64,000 nt of DNA from Candidatus Undinarchaeota archaeon (GTDB lineage Archaea > SpSt-1190 > JASMDC01), in contig CAZFHY010000010.1 in the NCBI GenBank assembly GCA_964519305.1, positions 1-64,000 on the forward strand, in the 5' to 3' direction. The position numbers were made by a program, and so were the translations under genes. Below, one piece after another: positions 47,201 through 55,437 of the stretch (position 1 is the stretch's first letter; each line of letters opens with the position of its first letter). The notes beneath the pieces were generated by a model that was not told where the DNA came from, did no database searches, and worked only from the letters and a program-made list of their open reading frames with translations.

Positions 47201-48757
47201 GACGGTGATGGCCGAACGGACGAGGACCCCATTGACGGCCGGGACAACGACGGCGACGGGAGGATGGACGAGGACGGTCCCGGTGAGAGCGTACCATCGT
47301 CACTGGTCACCTGCCAGCGCGAGTGTCTGGACGGGGACGACGCCGTACGGTGTCTGCGTGAGTGCAAGCTATCCATGCCCCGCGTCGACGTCCGCCTGGC
47401 CATCCTTCGTGGACTTGCCGAACAGCGCACATTCTACCACGGCGAGCGTGTCCGCCTCTCGCTCGAGGTGCGCAACTCAGGGTTCCGCGCCTTCGCTGGA
47501 GCTGCCGACCTCGCACTCCATCTCCTGCCATCATGCTCCTGCCCGGAGTGCCCCCAGGGCTTCGTATGCCCATGCTCGTGCACCGAGGAACGACGGTTCG
47601 CAGGCTCGCTCTCGAGCATCGTGCTACCGCCGGGCAGCGACTACCACGCACTCACCGGAGAGATCGCCCTCAACGGCGACCTGACGGTGACGGCCGTCCA
47701 ACCGGGCGCCGTACTGCGCCGCGCAGGGGGCGAGGTAGTGCTCGACGCACGGGGCCCCATCTCGTTCATGGTGGTGCCCGACATGCTCACCGTGGCCGAC
47801 GCCTACTTCCTCCGCGACGCGGAAAGGACGACCGAGGGCTACACCGGCGAGCAGGTCGTCGGGGCTGTGACCGTGACCAGCCATACCTATCCGGCGACGG
47901 TGGAGGTGTTCCTCGCCGACGTGCAGAACCAGATGGTGGACGGCTCGGCAAAGGTCCACGAGATCGCGGGGCCTGTTCAGGAGCTCGAGCTCACAACAGA
48001 GACGCTCACACTGGCTCACGAGCACGCCAATGCGGTGTTCTCCATCGGGGTGGAGGTGCGCGACGGTGAAGGTGCCGTGGTCGGCCGCCAGGTGCTCCCC
48101 GGCCAGGGGTACGCTACCAGCCGGTGCAAAGGCCGCGTGATGAACACGTGGTGCGAAGGCGAGCGGTCCCGGGTCCGTCTGGGATATCCCGACGCGAGCC
48201 TGGAAGTGCGGCCCTTGGAGCTCGAGATAGTGGACGCCGCCTTCACAGACGCTACGAACAATCCCCTGGACGAGATGTACACCGCCGGCGAGGCCCGGGC
48301 CACGCTGACGGTGCGCAACACGGTCCCCAAGTCCTTCGTGGGCACAGTGCTCGTCCGCGCCGTGAGCAAGGAGGGTCTGGTAGTGGGCGGGAGCGAGGAG
48401 CGACGCACGATCGCCCTTGGCCGTGGAGACACGTCCGAGCTCACAGGCCAGATGTTCCCGACGACCCTGGGCGAGAATTACCGACTTTGGGTGGTCGCCG
48501 AGCACCAGGACGGAACGGTGTGGACCGACGCCCTGGTCCCGTCCAATGTCTTTATGTACGCTGAGCTCGGTGTGCTGGACCCGACAGCGACCGATGGTGA
48601 GCGCACTGACATCTACACCACTGTGTCACAGGACCCGTGCGGTATGAGCATCTACTGTGAGAACTGTCTCGTGGGATGTGAACTACGTGTGGACCGGGAG
48701 CGGTGTAAGGTCTCAAAGCGCTTCTGCGCCTGCGAGTGCGCCTCCCTGCCGCTCTAG
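44261..48757 (+). CDS. Giant secreted Cys-rich protein 3 (non-enzymatic paralog with S-layer-like domain)
   Basis: ATGA overlap with the gene 2 stop and a GGAGG SD. Signal peptide. Shares KD.C.LDG..GPT.VL and CELRV.R.RC.V...C.C.C with genes 1 and 2. Confidence 0.88.
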   Translation: MRSRVLAILCVLALALALARPTVSVFVNGGQIHSSSNDGSVAAANADAPVTVKCTGSDSQESHIDMYIDDYSSGQFIWGDAWNSVVDVTYDVEGTYSLRCQGRVDCGASNMGPSCRTYITVTVPVGAATPTPGPGGPGGPGGPGGPSGPSGPLPEGCIEPDHERYCDAYDRLFSPDNIRQYDASIRSNDGLMPLVVNGDVYPCYEGCSDGKCSGGDGTVVYGSGVGSHDRAKALVLGAELGMPVVEHTGAVPGGNLVLLGSSTSNSVLDGVEDGMRVRYDQTTNKVFVGSEELDFTAGELAARYDAPFIVAFEEQGGRFIVALAGNDQAGTANAASEFQKNLCEPTFRSTVYGLLKGSGRPEPVKVDDGGQTIGERFCREREDGEAGEVHGYSPTVDWTHTDTDPTPLGVLDTGLIACPEGWFDNTVDFRTDVLTTLDNLRDLYKVLGAHLETLEDALDQQKDHCASALGTLGTFQNPGLEDVDLSDACDVAPWDEETVATSMVPEECHLPSPARPRTYYSTSYQRVVDVKDVCTLDGSGTLLGDETTHGPTRVLDKVTVMRSFVDHFLTSYPDLRSTISLLIDNELTEISLSGEEPANDAVPLVERLSAILIEMSRDPDTDMGAEEFKAMLADLIRMLRTSSTVEDVSTLGHVYPGLMLSDRCGPGEGDITDDNTDEWSVRQQQAVQALAAIEAEDVFISAEECFEYASRSEAGCSRICREECGADAGHCQRHLGMCVCHNPDGTRTATTHSCTGPIIEEDAKHIIACCLNDLGGVAAVPPALGEEGSCSGPDVPGLTFDICSDESGYLCCIPGGLEAEERADDTCTMECGPMCALIHPDDEDARIACVGTCTSDAGCTDRDGDTCVVGASEGACCGGTCVAGASGCDAGSGSGCAGLSDGEACTSAVGVCCGGSCALDATDCGSLSTCNDMCRDLVAIDQVSACTTVCVEMDVSCEEGCGAFPDPGPCLRKCGNGADEDGDGRTDEDPIDGRDNDGDGRMDEDGPGESVPSSLVTCQRECLDGDDAVRCLRECKLSMPRVDVRLAILRGLAEQRTFYHGERVRLSLEVRNSGFRAFAGAADLALHLLPSCSCPECPQGFVCPCSCTEERRFAGSLSSIVLPPGSDYHALTGEIALNGDLTVTAVQPGAVLRRAGGEVVLDARGPISFMVVPDMLTVADAYFLRDAERTTEGYTGEQVVGAVTVTSHTYPATVEVFLADVQNQMVDGSAKVHEIAGPVQELELTTETLTLAHEHANAVFSIGVEVRDGEGAVVGRQVLPGQGYATSRCKGRVMNTWCEGERSRVRLGYPDASLEVRPLELEIVDAAFTDATNNPLDEMYTAGEARATLTVRNTVPKSFVGTVLVRAVSKEGLVVGGSEERRTIALGRGDTSELTGQMFPTTLGENYRLWVVAEHQDGTVWTDALVPSNVFMYAELGVLDPTATDGERTDIYTTVSQDPCGMSIYCENCLVGCELRVDRERCKVSKRFCACECASLPL
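44654..44716 (+). repeat. Coding (GGP/SGP)n low-complexity repeat
   Basis: PGPGGPGGPGGPGGPSGPSGP. Confidence 0.8.
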
Positions 48758-48764
48758 GGGCACC

Positions 48765-49109
48765 CTACCAGGCGGTCATCTCCTTACGGACCTCGTCGGT
48801 CCACCGCGCGATGATCCCGAGGATCCGCTGCTTGAGCTGGTCCTTGTCCTTGATAGAGTAGAAGAATGTATAACCGCCTCGGGGATTATTGGACTGGCGG
48901 CGGCGGAGGATGTTCTTTTCGGTGAGCGACATGACCGCGCGCTGCACCGTGGTCCGGTCCTTGTCGAGGTCCTTGGCTATCTCGCGTGCCATGAGCTCTT
49001 CTGCGTTGGAGAGAAGATGCATCATCACTGCGTACTCGGTCCTTGAGAGCTCGAACCCGCAGGTAACGATCTCCTTGAACGATACGGTGCGGCAGGCGAA
49101 GGTCGCCAT
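48765..49109 (-). CDS. Predicted HTH transcriptional regulator (TrmB/MarR-like)
   Basis: C.F.LS.TE, EIAK.L.KDRTTVQRA...L and GGY.F.Y motifs. Confidence 0.8.
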   Translation of the reverse strand: MATFACRTVSFKEIVTCGFELSRTEYAVMMHLLSNAEELMAREIAKDLDKDRTTVQRAVMSLTEKNILRRRQSNNPRGGYTFFYSIKDKDQLKQRILGIIARWTDEVRKEMTAW

Positions 49110-49171
49110 GGGGCGCGATCGGCACCTCATCAATATCAACCTTTCGCCCGCCGCTATGGGCGCGGGTCCGC

Positions 49172-49498
49172 TCAGGATGAGAGAACGGCGTCCAGCTTCG
49201 TTTTCACGACTTCCTTGTTCCCGAAGCCTACGATCTGTCCCACCGGTTTACCATCGCGAAGTGCGATGAGCGTGGGGATACCGCGTATGCTGAACTGAGC
49301 AGCCAGCGTCGGCTGTTCGTCAGTGTTCACACGTGCGAACTTCACCTTGCCGCCATACTCGGCCGACAGCTGCTCGAACACGGGATGCATCATCTTGCAC
49401 GGCCCGCACCACGGTGCCCAGAAGTCGATGACCACCGGTGTCTCGCTCTTCAGTGCTTCCTGCTCGAAGTTCTCGTTTGTAAGGTCGATTATCGCCAT
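49172..49498 (-). CDS. trxA: Thioredoxin
   Basis: DFWAPWCGPCK and IRGIPT motifs. Confidence 0.96.
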   Translation of the reverse strand: MAIIDLTNENFEQEALKSETPVVIDFWAPWCGPCKMMHPVFEQLSAEYGGKVKFARVNTDEQPTLAAQFSIRGIPTLIALRDGKPVGQIVGFGNKEVVKTKLDAVLSS

Positions 49499-49628
49499 GG
49501 TATCACGCTCTTTCGGTCGTTAGTGACCATCTCTTTACGAAGATAGAGTCATCGGGCCCTTATAAGAAAGAGAGGAGGGGTGCACAATAGACCGTTGAGG
49601 ACGCACTCCTCCCTGTGTCGGACCCGTT

Positions 49629-50027
49629 CTACGTATCGGAGATGGTCCGTATCAGGTCGGTCATGGTGATGATCCCAACGATGGTCAGACGCCCTTTAAG
49701 GTCGCTGGGATGGGCGACGATCAGCCTCTGCACGTGGTGCTCGGTCATCTTGGCGGCCGCTTCCTTCAGGGTCGACCCCGGTCGTATAGTGATCAGGTCG
49801 CGCGTGATGACCTCCTCTGCGGTCAGAGCGTTGAAGTCGGCCCGGGCCATCGAGCTCACAATATCCCTTGTAGAAATCACACCCCACGGGTTCCCCTTCT
49901 CGTCCCGTACCAATACTGCCCGTATCCTGTTTTTGATCAGGATCCCGGAGATCTCCCTGAGCGTCGATCCGAGCCGTGCCGATACGATGTCCTTGGACAT
50001 TACGTCCTTTACCTGCATGTCTAGCAT
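49629..50027 (-). CDS. CBS domain pair protein
   Basis: VKDVMS, GVIS..DIV and GIITMTDL motifs. Confidence 0.88.
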   Translation of the reverse strand: MLDMQVKDVMSKDIVSARLGSTLREISGILIKNRIRAVLVRDEKGNPWGVISTRDIVSSMARADFNALTAEEVITRDLITIRPGSTLKEAAAKMTEHHVQRLIVAHPSDLKGRLTIVGIITMTDLIRTISDT

Positions 50028-50190
50028 CCGCTTCCCCAGTATACTTAGTAGTCCGAGACATATAAGGTCTGCGCCACAGGGGCCGTCCGGACGTTCTTGG
50101 ACGCGCTGCAAGGATCATCCGACAGGAGGCGGCCGTTAATCCCGATTGAGTTCGGATATACTATGTATCGAATGGGATCGCATGAAATTA

Positions 50191-51366
50191 TCAGTCATAG
50201 CTGCAAATTATCGCTTGATCCCTTGCATCGATCTTGGTAAAGATCACAAGGCCCTTGTGCCTTCCCTTACCCCTGACCTTTCTGTGGATGGTACGCAGGT
50301 CGATCTTTACCCCTCTTGCCTTGAAGTCCACCCGTCCGATACCGAGTTCGGACAAGGCAGTATTGATCGCTCCCAGCTCCGGGCCCAGCACTCGTTTGAC
50401 AAGATATCTCTTGAGAAGGGGGGTCTCGACCCTTTCATCCCCGGTAAGATAAGCGATCTTGGAATTGACAAGACTCAATCCGAACTCCTTTGCCAGGTCC
50501 TCGCTCATACGCGCTTTGATGAACGCGGGATCGGGCTCGTACAGGTATCTGCAGGGTGCGGATCGAGGAATGTCCGGTCCATCTTCTTCCTTTATCCGAG
50601 TGATACCTTCCGGTAATTTGGTGGCCAAGGTCCGGTTCCAATAAGATGATCCTTTGAAGTCCCCGAACCAGAGCATGACCTCCTTGACCTCTCCCTTGTA
50701 GGAGACTACCTCGATATCGCAATCAAGTTCGATCCTGGCCAGGTCCGTACCTGGAGATATCTTGACGCAGATGCTCGGCGAGATCGTCCGGAGCTTCTCT
50801 ACGAACGACAGGGGGGGTTCATACTCCTCGGTCTTTACCGTTCGTTCTTCTCCGGACCTCCTACTGGGATCGAAGAAGATGCAATCCACATCCTTCACAT
50901 TCTCGATGAACTCTTTATCGTCCAGTAATTTGACGCAATCTCCCTGGATGAAGTCGACCTTGTCCTCCAGATCATAGACGGTCACGTTGTGTCGTGCCAT
51001 CTCAAGGGTGGCCTTGTCCTTCTCGACCGCAACTACCTTCCATCGTGTCGCCATGGCGATAGTATCCCCACCGATCCCACAGCACACGTCCAGGGACCGT
51101 TCGATCTTACTCAGGGCCGACCTCATCTTCCACGTCCGGTATTCCGCCACATATTTCGAGGAGGCCTGGGCAAGGCCTTCCCTGCTGAACTTCATCAGAT
51201 GTGCTCGCGGGAACTTCAGTCTGCCCTTGACCAGGAAATGAACACGTTCCAGGATGTCCTCTATCTGGTCCTTATCCAATCCTTTCTTGTTCAGGATCGA
51301 GCGTCTCTTGCAGACATCCCGCACCTTCACGAGCTCTTCGATCAATCGATCCATGGTCACGCTCAA
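50191..51366 (-). CDS. Class I SAM-dependent methyltransferase with C-terminal THUMP-like domain
   Basis: LAQAS, DVCCGIGGD, FFDP.RR, VK.SPG and YLYEPDPA motifs. Confidence 0.8.
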   Translation of the reverse strand: MSVTMDRLIEELVKVRDVCKRRSILNKKGLDKDQIEDILERVHFLVKGRLKFPRAHLMKFSREGLAQASSKYVAEYRTWKMRSALSKIERSLDVCCGIGGDTIAMATRWKVVAVEKDKATLEMARHNVTVYDLEDKVDFIQGDCVKLLDDKEFIENVKDVDCIFFDPSRRSGEERTVKTEEYEPPLSFVEKLRTISPSICVKISPGTDLARIELDCDIEVVSYKGEVKEVMLWFGDFKGSSYWNRTLATKLPEGITRIKEEDGPDIPRSAPCRYLYEPDPAFIKARMSEDLAKEFGLSLVNSKIAYLTGDERVETPLLKRYLVKRVLGPELGAINTALSELGIGRVDFKARGVKIDLRTIHRKVRGKGRHKGLVIFTKIDARDQAIICSYD

Positions 51367-51541
51367 TGACCACCCCCGGTAGCAATATAAACCAATCCAC
51401 CGGTCCGGGATATCTCAGGTGCCGGAGGGGTGCTCCCCTGGAGGTTATTCCGACACCACGACCTCCACCTATCCCAGGAAGAGCTTCTGTGGACCCCCCA
51501 CTATACGACGTGACGACCGCTGTCCGGCCTTCTCGTTAGTC

Positions 51542-52054
51542 CTACACGACGCAGGTATCGTCCTTGAAGTAGTCCTTCTCGGCGACCTTTGCCCACCGGC
51601 CCCTGGTCATCATGGCCTCTTCCGAGGCGGATGTGTAGCACTCCCCGCCCTCGAACTTGTAGTGTTTCGCGAGGTCAACCGCGCCACCTTTGCCGTCGAG
51701 GAGGACACAGCACCCGCACTTGAGCTTGGTCGTCTCGTCCTTGATGCCATCGCATTCGCTCCATTCGTCCTCCATGCTGTGGAGGTAGGGATAGAGCTTA
51801 TGGTCGTCAGGTACTGTCCCATCGCCCATGTCCCGGGAGCTTGCGTACTTCGCGGTGCTCTTCAGGCAGACGTCGTCCTGACTGGAGATCTTGAGGACGT
51901 TCATGCAGTCATCGCAGGTCTCTTCCACCAACCGGGAGTCTCTGTACGCTGGAACGTAGCTCTCCTTCCCCTTGCAGACATCGTTGTCGCAGCAGCAGCC
52001 GGCGAGGAGGACGGCCAGCACTAGGATTAGTAATACGTTAAGTTGCCTTCCCAT
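51542..52054 (-). CDS. Cys-rich lipoprotein
   Basis: Hydrophobic leader ending in the LLAG-C lipobox; many Cys. Confidence 0.65.
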   Translation of the reverse strand: MGRQLNVLLILVLAVLLAGCCCDNDVCKGKESYVPAYRDSRLVEETCDDCMNVLKISSQDDVCLKSTAKYASSRDMGDGTVPDDHKLYPYLHSMEDEWSECDGIKDETTKLKCGCCVLLDGKGGAVDLAKHYKFEGGECYTSASEEAMMTRGRWAKVAEKDYFKDDTCVV

Positions 52055-52102
52055 GCATTTTTCGAGTCGCTGCAAGTTAATAAAAGTACTGTCGGTCCTT
52101 GC

Positions 52103-52789
52103 TCACCGGTCGGCTAGCGACAGTTCCACGATTATATCGTCCCTCGACGTGGACGCACCGACGCTGGACCGCACGTTCATCCCGCTGACGTACGAGACCC
52201 GCAGAGCGCTCCGTCCCGAGGGGATGTCCCCGAGACCGCTCGTCCGGACCCGTATGCTGTGCTTCCCGTCGATCACCCTGTCCAGGTCGAACTTGCAGGT
52301 GAACGTCGCAGGCCCTGGTCCCTTGAGGATACCGCAGAACGTCGACTCCCCCTCGAACGAGAGCTGAAGGGGGTTCCCGTCCAGCTCGGGCACTCGGTCC
52401 ATTGCGATCGGCAGCTCGTACCGGACGATGTTCCTTCCTGTGTTCGAGTCCTTCCCGATCCCGAGCACACCCTTTCCGACGTCCAGCGGGACGACGAAGG
52501 TCGCCTGCTGGAGCGCAGACTCGTCGATGTACCCGGACAATGAGGTGAGCATGGACCCGATCCTCTCGATCCTCAGCTGCTCGCACCCGGTGCACGTGAG
52601 AGCGTCCGGAGAAGTGAAGTAGTCGAGGGCGCCGCCGGACGGGCCGTCCGCCTCGCAGATCCTGCAATGGAAGGATGGTTCCAGGAACACAAGGTTGCTT
52701 GCCGAGCATAGTACCAGGACCGTGATGAAGAACTCGAAGCGTCGCACGACAAGGTGCTCCAGTTTCAAGATGAAGTCTTTCTCCGCCAT
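52103..52789 (-). CDS. Hypothetical membrane-anchored protein
   Basis: N-terminal TM, CxxC pairs and a beta-rich C-terminus. Confidence 0.6.
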   Translation of the reverse strand: MAEKDFILKLEHLVVRRFEFFITVLVLCSASNLVFLEPSFHCRICEADGPSGGALDYFTSPDALTCTGCEQLRIERIGSMLTSLSGYIDESALQQATFVVPLDVGKGVLGIGKDSNTGRNIVRYELPIAMDRVPELDGNPLQLSFEGESTFCGILKGPGPATFTCKFDLDRVIDGKHSIRVRTSGLGDIPSGRSALRVSYVSGMNVRSSVGASTSRDDIIVELSLADR

Positions 52790-52947
52790 CCTTCGGTCAT
52801 CCTATCCAACATGGAGTATTAAATCATTCCCGGTTTTTCGGGCGGTCCCGACGCAGGGAAATGCATGCTGTCCCCCGGTACGGGCAGAGCGCTCCAGGGG
52901 CGACAACACCACAAAGCATAAGTACGACCGCACCACCGTCACCCACC

Positions 52948-53454
52948 ATGGTGCTCACCCATGACGAGATCCTGAACGAGATGCAGGCAGGCAACATAGC
53001 TGTCGAGCCGTTCAACGAGACGGCGGTCGGCCCTGCGTCCGTTGACCTGACCCTCGCCCCCGAGATCCGCATCTTCCGCAACATCGACCACTCCATCCCC
53101 GTCACCGAAGGCGCCGATTTCCACGACATCACCAAGCGCAAGGTCATCGAGGACAAGTACACCATCAAGCCCAAGGAGCTCATCCTCGGCATCACCAAGG
53201 AGCGGGTCACCCTGGCGCCCACCATCTGCGGCTGGCTCAACTCCCGCTCGCGGTTCGCACGACTGGGGCTCATGGTCCACATCACCGCACCGTTCATCCA
53301 ACCCGGTGTCTCCAACCGGCAGGTGCTCGAGATATTCAATGCCGGACCCAACAACCTGGAAATCGTCCCCGGCGAGCGACTGTGCCAGCTCATATTCCAG
53401 CGGTGCGAGGGCGAAGCAGAATACCGGGGCCTGTTCATGGAGCAGGAGCTCTGA
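52948..53454 (+). CDS. dcd: dCTP deaminase
   Basis: PASVDLTL, RSRFARLGL, LEI.N and R.CQLIF motifs. Confidence 0.9.
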   Translation: MVLTHDEILNEMQAGNIAVEPFNETAVGPASVDLTLAPEIRIFRNIDHSIPVTEGADFHDITKRKVIEDKYTIKPKELILGITKERVTLAPTICGWLNSRSRFARLGLMVHITAPFIQPGVSNRQVLEIFNAGPNNLEIVPGERLCQLIFQRCEGEAEYRGLFMEQEL

Positions 53455-53457
53455 GGC

Positions 53458-55080
53458 CTAACCGCCACGGCAGAACGAGAAGTACCCGAACACACAGCTG
53501 CCGAAGACCACGATCGCCAACCCGGCGTAGATGTACATCTGGAGCTTCGACGGCTCCTTTGGCGCCAGATCCTCGGCCCAGTCCTCGCTGCCGTCGGCCA
53601 TCCTGAATGTCTCCGAACGGACCTCGGCGTCATCGTACACTCCGCCTTCCTGCGTAAAGGTCCCCGGCCCGGTCGTGGGCGCTACCGACGTGTCCGGCGG
53701 CGGGGTCACACCCTCCATTCCCGAGACGTTGAGGTCGACCGTCTCGTTGATGTCCTCGGTCCCCATGAGCGTTTTGTTCAGGGTGCCCGAGAAGATGCCC
53801 TCCAGCCCGGTCTCGTTACCACCTGCTTCCGGGTCGTAGTCCTCGATGTCATCCTTCCACGCATCGGGTAGACCCTCGTAGATGGAGCCTATGTCGTCGC
53901 TGCTGACGGTGTCATCTGTGACGTTCCCTGTATCCGTGTCGTTCGTTGCTGGCGCGTCCGGGTCAACCTCTCCGGGTTCGGGGGCGTCCATCACAACGGA
54001 GGGAACGTACACCTCAGCATCAGGCCTCCGCCATACCCTGGCCGTCCCGTCCCACGAAGACGTGTAGATATAGTCCGCGTCGGCGAACACATCGGTCACT
54101 GCATCGGTGTGCCCGGTAAGCGTCACGAGCAGCGTGAGGTCGGTGCGGTTCCAGAGCCGGGCCCTGCCGTCCCTGGAGGCGGTGTACACATAGTCATCGT
54201 CCGCATGGATTGCCGTAACGGTGTCGTTGTGTCCCGAAAGCGTCGCTATCGGTGAGAGGTCGTCCGCGCTCCACACCTGGACAGTGTATTCCTCGGCCTG
54301 TGTGTCCCGGCCGTCGGTGAAGACGTGCTCGTCGTCGGCGAACACCACCTGCATGCCCGTGGGCGTCGGTGCCGAGAGCGTGCCCTCGAGCGACAGGTCG
54401 GACCGGCGCCACACGCGCACCTCCTTGTCACCGAACGACGCCGTGAATACATGATCGGTGTTGGTGACGACGTCAGTGATCCAGCCGCGATGGCCACGGA
54501 GCACGTTCTCGAGAGCAAGGTCGGACCGGCGGTACACGCGCACGGTCTTGTCATCCGAGGCCGTGTAGACGCGCTCACCGTCGCTCCACACTCCCGTCAC
54601 CAGATCGGTGTGCCCCTCCAGTGTCACGACCGGCGAGAAGATTGTGTTGTCCCACACCCGGGCCACGGTCTCGAATGCGACCGTATAGATGTAGGAGTCG
54701 TCCACGACCAGCTCTGACACGGTCGCGCCGTCCATCCGGACCAGCAGGCCCGGGGAGAAGTCCTTGCGGCTCCACACCATGGCCGTGCCGTCGTCCGAGC
54801 CGGTGAAGATGTACTTCTCAACGGCCCACACGGTGTTCACGTAGTCGGTATGGCGGTCGAGCACGGCGACGAGGAGCGGGTGGGAACCTTCCTTGAGCAT
54901 CGGCGCAGCATCGGTGGTCGGCTCAGGCGTGGGTGCTAGCGTTGGTTCCGATGGAGGTGTCGTGACGTCCCCGGCAATGGTGGCGTTCTCGTCCGCGGAC
55001 GATGGCATTAGCAGAAGGACCGCGAGGAGGAGGACCGCGAACCTCGGCACCGTTTGCTGGAAGGTGGCTCCCGACGCCAT
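53458..55080 (-). CDS. Secreted, C-terminally anchored WD40-repeat protein
   Basis: Signal peptide, about 7 GH..V..V.....TAS.D...RVW repeats, an acidic linker and a C-terminal TM. Confidence 0.85.
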   Translation of the reverse strand: MASGATFQQTVPRFAVLLLAVLLLMPSSADENATIAGDVTTPPSEPTLAPTPEPTTDAAPMLKEGSHPLLVAVLDRHTDYVNTVWAVEKYIFTGSDDGTAMVWSRKDFSPGLLVRMDGATVSELVVDDSYIYTVAFETVARVWDNTIFSPVVTLEGHTDLVTGVWSDGERVYTASDDKTVRVYRRSDLALENVLRGHRGWITDVVTNTDHVFTASFGDKEVRVWRRSDLSLEGTLSAPTPTGMQVVFADDEHVFTDGRDTQAEEYTVQVWSADDLSPIATLSGHNDTVTAIHADDDYVYTASRDGRARLWNRTDLTLLVTLTGHTDAVTDVFADADYIYTSSWDGTARVWRRPDAEVYVPSVVMDAPEPGEVDPDAPATNDTDTGNVTDDTVSSDDIGSIYEGLPDAWKDDIEDYDPEAGGNETGLEGIFSGTLNKTLMGTEDINETVDLNVSGMEGVTPPPDTSVAPTTGPGTFTQEGGVYDDAEVRSETFRMADGSEDWAEDLAPKEPSKLQMYIYAGLAIVVFGSCVFGYFSFCRGG

Positions 55081-55264
55081 CGTATAATCTAATGCGCTCA
55101 AGGGTTATATTCCCTTTGATGGGGAAGGGCCATCGGTCCCGGTGATAGGGCACGAAGCGCTCACATCCGACAGCGCTCTTCTATGGGCACGACCATATGC
55201 ACAATGATCTCGGCGGTATCACTGGCCAGGAATGTGTGCGGGGGGCGAATCACCCCCCGCTGAG

Positions 55265-55378
55265 TGGGGCCACCGGGGTTCGAACCCGGGACACCCGGAT
55301 CTCAAATCCTTATCTTGGTATCGGAAGATCCAAGTCAGAACTTCAGTCCGGCGCTCTCCCAGACTGAGCTATGGCCCC
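55265..55378 (-). tRNA. tRNA-Phe(GAA) with 40-nt intron at 37/38 (55301-55340)
   Basis: GGGGCCA-TA-GCTC..GAGC-G-CCGGA-CTGAAG[intron]A-TCCGG-GTGTC-CCGGG-TTCGAAC-CCCGG-TGGCCCC-A. CCA is not encoded. Confidence 0.93.
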
Positions 55379-55404
55379 TTGCTTCCTTTCCGGAGTGCTG
55401 CGGT

Positions 55405-55416
55405 TTCCTTTATATA
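55405..55416. promoter_or_regulatory. TATA box in the divergent tRNA-Phe / radical SAM spacer
   Basis: TTTATATA about 25-30 nt from both starts. Confidence 0.55.
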
Positions 55417-55437
55417 CATTTCTTTTGCCATCGGTCC

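Noticed and set aside
35435-48505. Long antisense and alternative-frame ORFs inside the giant genes
   Set aside because: These are expected shadows of high-GC3 coding sequence and carry no motifs.
31400-55378. Genomic island or provirus integrated at tRNA-Phe
   Set aside because: No integrase, no viral genes and no duplicated tRNA-Phe 3' end were seen, and housekeeping genes (trxA, dcd) are interspersed.
55232-55437. ORF-track extensions (55232 and 55264 starts)
   Set aside because: They are antisense to tRNA-Phe; the real radical SAM start is likely GTG 55438.
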